A stretch of DNA of 62,717 nucleotides, counting the filler, from Octopus bimaculoides (taxonomy: Eukaryota), in assembly GCF_001194135.2 (NCBI RefSeq). It is 5 parts of 5 records of this genome, joined end to end, with 100 filler letters (N's around TTAATTAATTAA, not from the genome) between each part and the next. Parts side by side here need not be neighbours in the genome. Positions count along the whole stretch, not along the records: positions 27,458 to 51,857 come from NC_068987.1; positions 51,958 to 62,717 come from NC_068986.1; 3 more parts are not named here. The stretch is one strand, 5' to 3'. The translations under genes were made by a program, and so were the position numbers. Positions 49,655 through 62,217 of the stretch are shown here, one piece after another (within the stretch, counting starts at the first letter, position 1; every line of letters starts with the position of its first letter). The notes under the pieces are model-generated. The model had not been told where the DNA came from, did no database searches, and worked only from the letters and a program-made list of their open reading frames with translations.

Positions 49655-50010
49655 GAAAGAGAGCATCATAGTGGCAGTTGTCAAATTCACCACTGTATAA
49701 CACTGAAATCCTCCTTTTTGTAAATGTTTGACCATAAATGGTGAACAGAGGAAGGATAATTTCATCGTCATTTTTGTGATGAACCTGAATTGTAACATTG
49801 TACAATTCACTAATGGCAGCTAATTCAACATTATCGCCATATGTTCCATCCCTACTCATGTATACTTGGTATTCCTGAGTTGTACTATTTGGAATAAAAG
49901 AATGAAAATACTTCCAATTATTGCATATGTATTGTACGGACTCTTCTCAAAGAATTCGGTAATTTCTGTTGTTTTTGAGCGAAAGTGACACAGCTCTGAA
50001 CATACAGTTA
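49655..50010 (-). pseudogene. OTU cysteine protease domain relic
   Basis: NCMFRAVS (Cys at 50004-50006); YMSRDGTYGDNVELAAISELYNVTIQV; ISVLYSG...CHYDAL (His). Confidence 0.85.
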
Positions 50011-50432
50011 CATTAACTTATGTCTTTATTAAAGGGGTGAATTAATAAATTAATGTAATTGTTGAATATTTTTCAATAAATTCAGTAAAGGACTTCACCT
50101 TCAGTTTAAACTTTAGATGGTTTTGGGAAAAGAACATGACTGGAAATTATGACAACAAAAGGGATAAGATACTAAGTGATAGCAATTTCCCCTTTAGAAA
50201 TCTGCCTTTCTAACTTTGAAATAGATGAATGAGTGATTATAATTTTGTAAATAATAAAAAAGAAATTAATAAGGCACTTCACCTTCAATGTTGACTTGAA
50301 ACGTCTTCATGAAAAGAAAAGTGATTTGACTCTAAGTATTTAGCAAACAATAACTTCTTTGGAAAAAAGGAATACTTCAGTTATTTCTGGATAATTTTGG
50401 TTTAAATGTTGTCAAATACTCGTTTGTAGATT

Positions 50433-50470
<38 letters not shown>

Positions 50471-50988
50471 ATATATATAGAGAGAGAGCAAGAGAGAGAG
50501 CGAGAGAGAGAGAGAGAGAAAGAGATGCGAACGAGACAGAAAGAGATTGAAAGTGTGCATGTGTTTATTTCTGATTGACAACTGTATATTAATGTTACTA
50601 TCTCACTGCCACTCCATATTTGTCACTTACACAACTCTATCCTCCCCTTCCCTGATCACCACACAAACCTCAACAGCCCCCTTACGCTTTTGTAGGCAAG
50701 CTAGCCATATATTGTCAGGACACGCAGTAAAACTTGACTATAACATTCTGTTGTCGGTCACTGTGTGCCTAACAGATAGTTGAGATGTGCATGCATGCCA
50801 ATTATCAGAAGTTGCTTGGCTAGAAAAAAATCTTCCTCATCCTCCTCTGTTGGAGTTTGTCTATAAAGGCTTTGTGGAATTGGAAGGTAGCATTTACTTA
50901 TGTCTATTTCATTGACATGTAGGACCAACTGTGTACTGACATGTGCAACTATCCAACCCTTGCCAGCATGGAAAATGGCCGTTAATGA

Positions 50989-51017
<29 letters not shown>

Positions 51018-51019
<2 letters not shown>

Positions 51020-51857
51020 CATCATCATCGTCGTTTAACGTCCGCTTTCCTTGCTAGCATGGGTTGGACGATTAGACTGAGGACTGGTGAACCAGGTGGT
51101 TACACCAGGCTCCAATCTGATTTGGCAGAGTTTCTACAGCTGGATGCCCTTCCTAACGCCAACCACTCTGAGAGTGTAGTGGGTGCTTTTACGTGCCACC
51201 GGCACGGAGGCCAGTCAGGCGGTACTGGCAACGGCCACGCTCAAAATGGTGTCTTTTACGTGCCACCTGCACAGGAGCCAGTCCAGCGGTACTAGCAACG
51301 ATCTCGCTCGAATGTCCTTACACGTGCCACGGGCACAAGTGCTAGGTACCAGGTGCCATCACGATTTCACTTTCGCCTGCCTCAACAGGTCTTCGCAAGT
51401 GGAGTTTCTGTGTCCAATGAATGAGATGACGTTGGCATGGGTGCCATCCGTCGAAATTAGTTTGATTTCACTTGCCTCAACAGGTCTTCGCAAGTGGAGT
51501 TTAGTGTGCAACGTAGGAAGGTACGCATCCTGGCAGAGGCCTTGGATTTAGGTCTCACTTGGCTTGCCGGGTCTTCTCACGCACCGCATATTTCCAAAGA
51601 TCTTGGTCAGAAGTCATTGCCTCGGTGAGGCCCAATGTTCGAAGGTCGTACCTCACCACCTCATCCCAGGTCTTCCTGGGCCTACCTCTTCCACAGGTTC
51701 CCTCAACTGCTAGGGTGTGGCACTTTTTCACACAGCTATCCTCATCCATTCTTGCCACAGCGCAAACGTCTCTCTTGCACACCACAGCTGATGCTTCTTA
51801 GGTTCAACTTTTCTCTCAAGGTACTTACACTCTGTCTAGTATGCACACTGACATTAC
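51018..51857 (-). mobile_element. RTE family R1 3' portion with complete 3' UTR and (GAT)n tail
   Basis: [33 protein letters not shown]...EKTRQAK*; tail ...GGACGTTAAACGACGATGATGATG. The 5' side is cut by the spacer. Confidence 0.9.
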
Positions 51858-51957
51858 NNNNNNNNNNNNNNNNNNNNNNNNNNNNNNNNNNNNNNNNNNN
51901 NTTAATTAATTAANNNNNNNNNNNNNNNNNNNNNNNNNNNNNNNNNNNNNNNNNNNN
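51858..51957. other. Synthetic scaffold spacer N44-TTAATTAATTAA-N44
   Basis: Same 100-nt structure. Confidence 0.95.
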
Positions 51958-51967
51958 TATATATATA

Positions 51968-52008
<41 letters not shown>

Positions 52009-54337
52009 TGTTGTTTATTGCCGTCAGGATATTTGTGTGCTATATAATGCTTATTATTAATGAAACATATTCGTTTAACCGATATCATGTTAATAATTTA
52101 TTTCTTCACCCTTCTATGTCAGTAAACATGTTATGCATTGAACGACAATGTGTTTATATCACGGACAATTAAATTTGGGATATCTCGATAAAGTACAGTG
52201 TTATTAATGATTGACATATTTCAGATATCGATAGGTTTGACAATTTAGAAAGCATAGGTTCAGTATCTTAGTGCAAGACGCTCAACTGTCGAGTATCTGG
52301 AAACTATAGAAGAGAATCAAAATGCATACTCTTGAATGAATAATAAACTGGTCGTGCTTTGAAGGTTTCGTTGATAGCACAGTTACAAAAATTCATATCT
52401 ATCTTTTGTCAAGCAACTCCTAAATATTTTAACAAAGCAGAATATAACCGTTCCGTGGTAAAAGATTTGGTTTCTGGTTGGAACGATAATATTGCAAAAT
52501 GGACCTAGCATTCCGTTAGGATTAAATGCTGAGTTCAGACTAAGTTATGTGAAACAATAATATACTGCCACTAACGTAATTCTCTGTGTAATGTTTTGCG
52601 GAATATCTGGTTAAATTACGTATGTATATCTGTAGCAATATTCTGAAGGAAGCAGATGCAATCAGTATACAGTGTAAATAACTTCTATACTTCATTGTGT
52701 CATATTTTAAATTAATTGTATCTACAATATTGGTAACTAGTAACTTGCGAATATATTTATTATAATCAAGGGAGAAAATAATTATATTCGAAGTAACTTA
52801 GCACCAAATTTTGTCTTATATATTGACGTTATGGGGTGAATATATTGACGTTATGGGGTGAATATCATTTTATTGTACAGTGAATCTCATATACAGAATT
52901 AACATCGACTATATATTTATTCTTGTCTCTGGGATAACAAAACAAATAATTTTCCATCTACAACCAAGCAATCACAAATAACGTAACACCACTATATCTA
53001 TGGGCCCGAACGATTGAGATGTTCTACAATACTTATGACACAGGAAGGTGAATCATTCGCAGTGAACAGCCTTAATCATTCTATGGAACAAGACGGAAAA
53101 CATAAGACATTCTATCCAGCGATCTTTCTCGAAAAATTCAACATCTACGTCAATATCTCTTACGCTCTTATTTTCTCTTGACAAACAGTAAACATATAAA
53201 TTCAGGATTAAAATCAATAATAACATGCTTATTTTGCAGTCCTAAGTATTTGTTTTATGTCTTTTTGAGAGCAAATGATTTTAAAATTTGAAATCAGTTG
53301 GTTCAGTTATCTATCGTAACTATTTTGTAAAAAAAAATGAAATAAGTCGAGCGCTCGAAGTTTGAATTTTCATATCAAGAGATGTAACAAACATGGATGT
53401 GTGTGTGCGTGTGTGTATGTGTGTGTGTGCATATGTACAGATATAACAAGTGGAAGCAGAAAAACCATTGGTTTGGCGCTACTGAATTTAGGTAAATGGA
53501 AAATGGTATCTTTCGGTTGTTAATGATTCATCGTTTTATTGTTTTTCGTCATTGTCTGGTCCATGGCATAACGTGTGTTTGCTATTAGAACGTTTTATCG
53601 TGGATGTTAAATATGTATTTTGTTATGCTCAAACACTGCATAATGAAAATGAGTCAATGAAACATTATTCAGAAAAAGTCGGATCAATTTGTAACTGAAA
53701 ACAGCAAGTCAGCTACGTACAGATCAGAAAGATTTTTCCATCTTGTAATCGAGATTTTCTTCTCCAGCCCATTTAACTAAGCGGCAAACAAATCGTACGT
53801 CATGCAGTCTCCTTCCTCTGCGTCGCATTTCATTGGAAATTCCTTTACAGCCTCAAACGTAAATTGGATGTGTGGTCTTCCAGTAAGAAAAGAGAAATAA
53901 TTATTCAGTTTCCTTTCTGCTATAGCAAGAAGAAAAGTTAAGCATTGTTTTGAATTCTCGTTTCCTTCACAGCAAAAGGATGCAACTGACTAAAATATTA
54001 ACTACTCCATTACAAATGTGATCTTTAAGATCAAATAGATGTCTTTTCGCTTTCCCCTCAAATCAATCTTGTTTTGTTCAGAAATATCAGTTTGTTCACC
54101 ACATGAAACGTTTGATCTGATCATGCATCTATCAGTAAATGGATTCATGGATTCGGTACTACCCCGAAAATCTGAGTAATGCACACCTTGTACTATACCT
54201 AAAATTTTGTTTTTTCCTCAATAAGTGCGCCCTTAATTGGATTGTTTGAAATTTTGATTCACAAACTTGCCAAAATCCCTTCATAGTATTTTCGAAAATG
54301 CTATACACGTTTCCAATGTGGATCAAAATATTGATTT

Positions 54338-54497
54338 CAAATTTTGGTATAAGGCCAGCAAATTCAGGGAAGAGGATAGGTCAATTCCATCGACCCCCAA
54401 TGCTCAAGTAGTCCTTATTTGATCGACCCGAAGGGAGAAATGGAAATGCTGCTCAGAATTTTGCCTAGCATGCTAACGATTCTGACAGATCGACGCC
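54338..54497 (-). mobile_element. SINE family A, internally deleted
   Basis: Reverse complement starts GGCGTCGATCTGTCAGAATCGTTAGCATGCTAGGCAAAAT. Confidence 0.7.
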
Positions 54498-55099
54498 TTT
54501 TAATTTGTTTTATTCAATCTTATATCAATCAATATTTACCGTAGAAAATAATGTTAGATTAACGTTAATCAGTCATTCATGTCATTAATTTTTCCCAGAG
54601 TTTAAAATAATCCTTTCTACATGTACATGGAAGAAAGACGGTCGCATTTAGTTTGCTATGATTTTCATGATTTTAACAAAAACTGAGTAATAAACGTGTC
54701 TAAATTACTTCAGTATTTGGATTTTAATTTCTTTAATCCTGAATCAAAAGTAATGAAATGATTTGGTGTTTTGTATAATGAAAAATACGCAAATCTGAAT
54801 GATTAGGATAATCATGAATCAGCGATATTAGCTAACACCTAACAAAGACTATTTTAAATATTTCTTTTCAGATGTATTTTATATTTCGTGATCAACATCT
54901 TTTTCGACCTTCTTGTAGTTTTCTATGACGTAAGAGCTGTCTCAATAATAATTGCTGTAAGACTAAATTTATATTCCTGTTGCAGTATCTACATATATTC
55001 TATTAGCTGAGTATAAATATTTTACTGTCTTAAACCTTAACATGTCGTATAATGTATAGTGAATCATTTCTTTACCAAGTTCAAGTATATTATGTCTCC

Positions 55100-56690
55100 T
55101 GTGTCTATACATTCTCAATAAAGCCTCAATATTTAGTATGAAATATTCAGACTTGTCCCGACGAGAAATATATACATAATACATGCGGCCGCGGGCCACT
55201 TGAGGATATTGTGATGGTAAATTATGGAGTGGATATAGAACATTTTTGATATAGCGATGGAATCATCTGACTCTATAGAGATCACAGCCATAGTCGGAAT
55301 ATATATTATTTCAATAAAGCAGTCTTCCTTTCCGGAAGTAACATGAGGTATATATAGAGATGATGACCTGGACATAAGTAATGAAGTACAACTAGAAAAG
55401 CATAACATTTTTTTAAGCTTTTAATAATTTAGTAGTAAAATTTACTCTAGAAAAAGATTATCGGAGAGTTAATTTCCTTGACGCTACCTTCTGTCTTGAT
55501 GCTGGATTATTTGAACCATTTCATAAACAAAATCAGTATAAATTAAGTATATAAACGTAGCATACAACCATCCACCCTCGAATATTTCAACAATAATATC
55601 TAGGTTATCTACTAATAAAAAAATTCCAATCATATGGACCATATTACAAAACTGCTTTAGCTTCGGTTGGATACCGTGAGAAGATTCAATACTTACAAGA
55701 AACACATACATAAACCTGCCAAATTCCTCCAATAATAATACACATTGTACACCAAGACAATATTACGGTATGCGAACTGACTCAGATCGAGAATACAGGC
55801 GAGGAAGAATTGGTGAAGGCTATAAACAACTAACCCGAACTCATAGACACACAACACAATAAATCTACTTCTCATAAAACAATACATTTTCTAACCGTGT
55901 ACAACTCACTTGAACAAATAAGCCAAACAAGAAATAGAGGAATATAATATCCTCTGGCACAACTCAATCTTCGGTTTACATGTTTCACCGGAGATCGCTA
56001 GGAAATACCTTGCCACTTCAGATAAATGTTTCCCTAAATGAAATATACACCATGCTGGAAGTATCTTACGCTAGCTCTATTAATTTACAACAGTATATGC
56101 ACTGCATTAACAATAGTAAAATGAAACAGCAGTTCAATAAGACACCTATTGGACCTAACAAACATATACATCAAAATACCAGGAAAAGAAGCGCAATGAA
56201 AAGCAGCAGATACGGTCAGATCGTGATGAGAGAAATGATTGTGATATGTCTAACGTGGTAGCAACGTCGGAAAATGCAGTCAGAACTGCCATATATATAA
56301 ATAAAAATAATATATGCCCATGCAGAAAAAATTCACGATGCTCTTTGATAAACCTCGGTATGAGTATAAATCTTGTATATAAATGTACCCTGCACACAAG
56401 GGGAACGCCGTATGTTTATTTTAGGGCAACAGCTGAATCATTCAAGAATCGTTATCGCAAATATGCCGCCAGCATCAAGAAAATCAGTAAGAGACATTTA
56501 ACATATTTCGCTGGTTTTGTGTGGTGACTTAAGGATAAAGTTAAGTATAATAAAAATTGGTCCCTAGTCAGGCACGCAAAACCATTTAATATAATTTTCA
56601 GGAGAGGTTGACTCTACTCCGAGGAATCACTGTCTATTCTTTGGGCCAGTGAGATCATTGATAGAATTTCTGAAATAGTCTCACGATTCT
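55100..56690 (+). mobile_element. Penelope-like element relic: RT core to GIY-YIG
   Basis: FDIAMESSDSIEITAIVGIYI; GIYRDD; NFLDATF; YNHPP; ILWHNSIF...KCFP; CPCRKNSRCSL...LVYKC; SFKNRY. Confidence 0.85.
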
Positions 56691-57949
56691 AACATGCATA
56701 TAAATGCACTTTCGCACAATGTGGTGGGGCTGTGTAGATATTTAATTCGATACGTGAGCGTACGTGAGCCAAACCACACGCGTGGGTATGCTAACATATT
56801 AACGGTTATATTTTATACTTTTTCCGATGTATTGCGCGTTCGTTTCTTTTTTGCATCTGTTATTTTATTATTGATCTTCCATATAAGCTAAGCTACATCG
56901 TTTGATTTTCTGGCGCTTCTTTACACGAACTGAAAACATACATTGCGGAACTGTTATGTTAACGAGTTATATCTATTTATCACTCAAAGAGACACATGCG
57001 CACCGTCGGATGCTCCTGAACCAGTTGTTAAATATTCCATCTGCGTGGGATCGATGTTAGATATGCCGAAACAACTGTAGTGATTAATAAAAGTTCTCCT
57101 ATCTTCCGTCTCCAAATAACCACGTGTGTGTGTGTGTGTGTGTATGTGTGTGTGTGTATTTGATTATATATGCGTCGATAGATCCATGTAACTGCGTATA
57201 TAATTTTGCTGTGTATATGTTACCTTGCACTCAATACACACGTGAATACAATATAACAGAAATATAGAAAAATCATCTGCCTTAACATATTTTACGTAGC
57301 AAATAAAGAGTATTATTATTTCATCAATATATATTTGATTTAACAGACATTGTAAAGTAAATATTGCCATGCGTTTAATCGACTGAAATTATCTATCGTA
57401 CATGATTAATTCTATTATGAAGCACATGGAATATATATAATGCATTGTGAATTTGATTCTCTTTTATGAAAACTTAATCTGCAATACATTAAATTTCGAT
57501 AAAAACGTTCTTTGTTATATATGTTTGCACGGAAACGAGAAATAAACAATTTTTCTGGGTAGTTCCGAATTTGATTAATCCATTGCCCACGAAATAATGA
57601 ATATAATTATTAATATTGGAGCACGATTGTATATTTATAGACTGAGGAAACGGAAATATTGAGTTATAGGTATTTCAGTGTTCCATTTGCTTGTCTGCAT
57701 AATATCAGCTGTATTCAAATACTTCTGATTTTATAAATGTACATCCGTGTTCTGTTGATAACACAAAATTATTTGCTACTTCATAAATATTTCAGTTTCT
57801 TACATAGCTGCATTCGACTATGTTTAAATGTTGTTAACTACATTAAGAACTCAAACTTGTTCTAGAGAATATTTAATATTTTACAGTTATGTCATATAAA
57901 TTAAATTGCGTGAGACACATGCACTGATATGCACGCCTGTGCCTATATA

Positions 57950-58015
57950 TTCTCAATAAAGCATCGATATATAGTATGAAATATTCAGATGTTTCCCGAT
58001 GAGAAATATATATAT
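57950..58015 (+). repeat. Short second copy of the Penelope RT segment at 55112-55175
   Basis: Both share ATTCTCAATAAAGC.TC.ATAT.TAGTATGAAATATTCAGA...CCCGA.GAGAAATATATA. Confidence 0.65.
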
Positions 58016-58144
58016 ATATATGATAATAATAATATAGATATATAAGCATAGGCTAGCGTGTATATATGTGTATGTTCCCAGTGTTATGCTGTTCAATATT
58101 TCTGAATAACGTGGTGACCATATTGTCGGTGACCCCCCCACCCC

Positions 58145-58183
<39 letters not shown>

Positions 58184-58193
58184 NNNNNNNNNN

Positions 58194-58227
<34 letters not shown>

Positions 58228-58238
58228 TGTATATATAT

Positions 58239-58338
58239 AAAAACAGTTGTATTATGTCAACTCAATGTGATAGTCCCAATAAGGGGATGATTCCCTTATT
58301 GGGACTGTCACATTGAGTTGACAGTATACAACTGCTTT
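58239..58338. repeat. About 100-bp near-perfect inverted repeat (about 48-bp arms, few-nt loop)
   Basis: AAAACAGTTGTATTATGTCAACTCAATGTGATAGTCCCAATAAGGGGA vs TCCCTTATTGGGACTGTCACATTGAGTTGACAGTATACAACTGCTTT. Confidence 0.9.
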
Positions 58339-58876
58339 ATCGTAACATTGTTGCTTAATTCTCTCTGTGAGATTTATTAGATCATTTCTAATATATATAT
58401 ATAGAGAGAGTATATATATGCACACACACACACATACACACATTCATAGATGGGAGAGTGAGAGTAGACGGAGTACAACTGAAACCATTTAGAAGATGAA
58501 CACTAGTGTGTAGGCATATAGATATATATTTACAGAAAAAATTACATAAAGTACAAAAAATGCGAGAGTACAAAAAATGCGTAAACGTAGTCGCCAATCA
58601 TTCCATTCTGAAGATCGAACCCGGGGTTTTGCCTCCACTGGTGGTTTCATAAGTGACTTTTCAAGCATTATGATTATAATGTAAATCTCAGCACCCATAA
58701 GACCTAAAATAATATGTCCTTTCTCCTTAGTTTTGACTACCTTTGTACATGTAATTCTTTTTCTATAAATATCTGTATGGACGTACGTAATTGTTGATCT
58801 GATTATTTTCAGGGCTTGTTTCTCTTTCTCTCTCTCTCTCTCTTTCTCTCTCACTCTCTCTCTCTCTCTCTCTTTC

Positions 58877-58942
<66 letters not shown>

Positions 58943-58962
58943 CATATATATGTATACACACT

Positions 58963-59044
<82 letters not shown>

Positions 59045-59064
59045 CATATATATGTATACACACT

Positions 59065-59112
<48 letters not shown>

Positions 59113-59113
59113 T

Positions 59114-59271
59114 ACGACGGGCTTCTTTCAGTTTCCGTCTACCAAATCCACTCACAAGGCTTTGGTCGGCCCGAGGCTATAGTAGAAGACACTTGCCCAA
59201 GGTGCCACGCAGCGGGACTGAACCCAGAACCATGTGGTTGGTAAGCAAGCTACTTACCACACATCCACTCC
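59114..59271 (-). mobile_element. SINE family C, head and body
   Basis: GGAGTGGATGTGTGGTAAGTAGCTTGCTTACCAACCACATGGTTCTGGGTTCAGTCCC...GAAGCCCGTCGT. Confidence 0.88.
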
Positions 59272-59466
59272 ATGTATATATGTATATGTATTTGTACATA
59301 CGTATGCATATATACATATATATATGTATGTATATATGTATGTATCTATCTATATATATATATGGGTGTGTGTGTGTGTGTGTATGTGTGTGTGTGTGTA
59401 TGTGTGTGTGTGTGTGTGTGTATTAATTTTCAGTAAAATTATAAATATTCCAAAAATATATAATAT

Positions 59467-59684
59467 TATTCTTTTAGTTGTTTCACTCATTTGACTACAG
59501 CCATTTATGGAGCACCGCCTGAAAGTTGTTTTTAGTCGAAAAATGCGACTCCAACACTTGTTCATTGTAAGCCTAGTACTTATTCTTTCAGGTCTGTTTT
59601 GCCGAACCACTAAGTTACGGCGACGTAAAAAGGCCAACCTCGGTTGTCAAGCGATGGTGTGAGCATCAACCCAGACACAAAGAC
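59467..59684 (-). mobile_element. SINE family C, tail module only
   Basis: Homologous to 11655-11870 and 5195-5430. Confidence 0.75.
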
Positions 59685-61389
59685 ACTCACATAAGTAGAT
59701 ACATATGTTAACTCAATTCGAAATCAACATATGAAAAATTCGCAGTACATAAACGCCTGCAAAAGGAACGTGTCGAGGGATTTCAATCTAAGAAACTGCA
59801 GTATTCAACTAATAACGATGTCAGTGGACAATGGAAAAAAAAAAGAATAAAAACATATTCAAGGGAGGCTGTTTTTTTTTTTTTTTCAACTATTGTTGAA
59901 GTCAGTGGATAACAAAGTGGTAATAAACAAACATAAGAATTCTACATTTTAACAAATACATTAACAGAGAAATACAAACTAAAACAAACTACTTTTGTAT
60001 TCAACTATTCTTGACGCCACTGGCCAGCTAAAATTTTAAAATAAACATAAGAATTCTACGTTATGATAATTAGAATGATTTTACGTTACAACTCTTATTT
60101 GTCTATTTATAAAATGTAGTAAACCTTTAAGAAGAATTAACCTTATATGAAACGCTGATATGATAAAGAATTCAAATATTGAAGTCCCTTCTGACATTTT
60201 TGGCAACATTTGAGTCTAAAGCTCGCATTTAAACCCATCGAACTTACTGGCCTTGTGCCAAAAAATTTTAACGAATATTTTCCCTAACAACTACGCGAGA
60301 TTAAGTAATTTAATATCCCTGGAAAATAGTCAACGCATAGAGCACATTCAAATGCAGAACAACAGCCCATCAGACGTGAAGCAGGAGGATATGTAGAACG
60401 CCTTTATTCACCGCAATTTATGTCTTAAGTGTAATTTTGATATTTACCATATATTTTTTTACGGACTGTAATCCATCTACCCACTTTATACCGATTTTTA
60501 ATATAGCATTGAAAAGAGCCTCAATATATATGATAATAATTCAGAAAAAAAAATGTTGTTTACCACTCCTAAAAACACGATGATAATGTTCTGCTCTTAC
60601 TGCTATTTTTTCCTAATCCATATTCCTACTGATTTTATGTACGAACTAAAGACGCATTGACTGATTGTCTTTAATCTTCATCGATTCATATACATTTTAA
60701 CAAGATGTTAAACTTCAATAGATGTTACTTTGTATTGACTAGACAATCAAATATTGCAGAGGTGTTTGACTGAATTTTATTTTGGAGAGTAGAAGTATAT
60801 ACATTTTTCTTTTCTCTTCTTCCATTTTCCATTGATGCTAAGGCTTCGTTAACTGACAAAACATAGAAACTTCACAGTCGGTCCATAATTTTTTTATTGA
60901 ATTACTGCCAAATAATGTCAGACAATAACTCAATATTTGTATAAAATTGATTACGTGATTCACGTTGCCCTCTAAACTCTCTTTATAATCTGCTTCAATG
61001 GGCCATTTTAATTCGAAGTAACAGTGTTAGATGCAAACATGTCAATCATAAACTAAGAAATAACATGAGGTTATTGTAGACTTATTGTAGACATTCTTAA
61101 GTTTCTCTTCTCAAAAGACAGTTGTAGTCTTATACATACATATATATCATATAGCCTAAAGAAAACAAGTGCTCACAATCATAGTCATAAGTATTGATTT
61201 ATGTGGTTTCCGATAAAAGATGAGAATTGTTTTATTATATTCTATATATGATGTCGGAACTAAACGCGAATGCATACTGTATTTCATAAGCAATGTTTGA
61301 CTTTTACACACTTGAGATTACACCCAGAATAAAATAGAGTGGATCAATCATGGCATCATCTTAAATCACATTTTTCAGCACAATAAAGC

Positions 61390-61582
61390 GAAGACTATGG
61401 CATTACTAGCACGCCCGGCAAAATACTAAGCGGTACGTCGTCCGTCGCTACGTACTGAGTTCAAATGCCAATGAGGTCGACTTTGTCTTTCATTCTTTCG
61501 GGATCAATAAATTAAGTACCAGTCGAGCAATGGGTTCGATGTAATCGACTAGTTCTCTCCTGCAAATTTCAGGCCTTGTTGC
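61390..61582 (+). mobile_element. SINE family A
   Basis: TAGCACGCCCGGCAAAATACTAAGCGG...GAGTTCAAAT...GAGGTCGACTTTG...AAATTAAGTACCAG. Confidence 0.8.
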
Positions 61583-61904
61583 AGTTTTAATCACGAACTA
61601 GAACAGATATCGCTGAAGCAGAGTGCAACTAAGAAATTCAACCCCTCTGCGGAACTACCTTCGAAAATATGTGGAAGTATACGGACGAAAGAATTGAATT
61701 TGAAAGTTCAATGGGGTCAATTTCATTTCTTCTAGAAGAACGTATTTAGCATTCAAAATCTGTTCTTCTGTGAGCCAAATTATAATAAATGTACAGTTAT
61801 ATAAATCTGATTTTTTTTTTTAGCAAATTGGAATGGAAATGGAAATACCGAGAAATGTCATTAATAGTTCATACACAGCCGACGAATAAGCTGCAGTAGT
61901 GGTA

Positions 61905-62217
61905 TTTGTTTATTTATTTTATTTATCGCCCTTTTAAAGCCTAGCCAGGCTCATGGGCCCGGTTTCCCGGTTTCTATGGCGTATGTGCTCCCCCTAGCTG
62001 AACGGGATGCCAGTCCATCGCAGCGTTCCTCAAGAAACAGGAAGAAAGAGTGAGAGAAAGTTGGGGCGAAAGAGTACAACAGGGGTTGCCACCACCCCCT
62101 GTGGGAACCTCCTGGAGCTTTAGGTGTTTTCGGTCAATAAACATTCACACGCCCGGTCTGGGAATCGAAACTGCGATCCTTCGACCGGGAGTTCGCTGCC
62201 CTAACCACTGGGTCTCC
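61905..62217 (-). mobile_element. SINE family B variant (same tail, different body)
   Basis: Head GGAGACCCAGTGGTTAGGGCAGCGAACTCC...GTTTCGATTCCCAGACCGGGC. Tail closely matches 1146-1250. Confidence 0.85.

Larger units (their letters stand above)
46720..50010 (-). mobile_element. Rearranged autonomous-type Helitron/Helentron relic: OTU, Zn motif, Rep-N, inverted Pif1 helicase, USP-like domain
   Basis: See the component features. Termini not identified, and a single-element origin is inferred from domain order. Confidence 0.65.

Noticed and set aside
51150-51350. CRISPR-like repeat-spacer array
   Set aside because: Eukaryotic context; the units are degenerate whole-unit repeats within a LINE 3' UTR, with no unique spacers and no cas genes.
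52818-52861. 22-bp perfect tandem duplication ATATATTGACGTTATGGGGTGA
   Set aside because: Isolated two-copy slippage or repair duplication with no associated element.
57040-57100. Hammerhead ribozyme in the PLE 3' region
   Set aside because: GAAAC sits near AATAAA as expected, but the CUGANGA core is absent (CTGCGTG).
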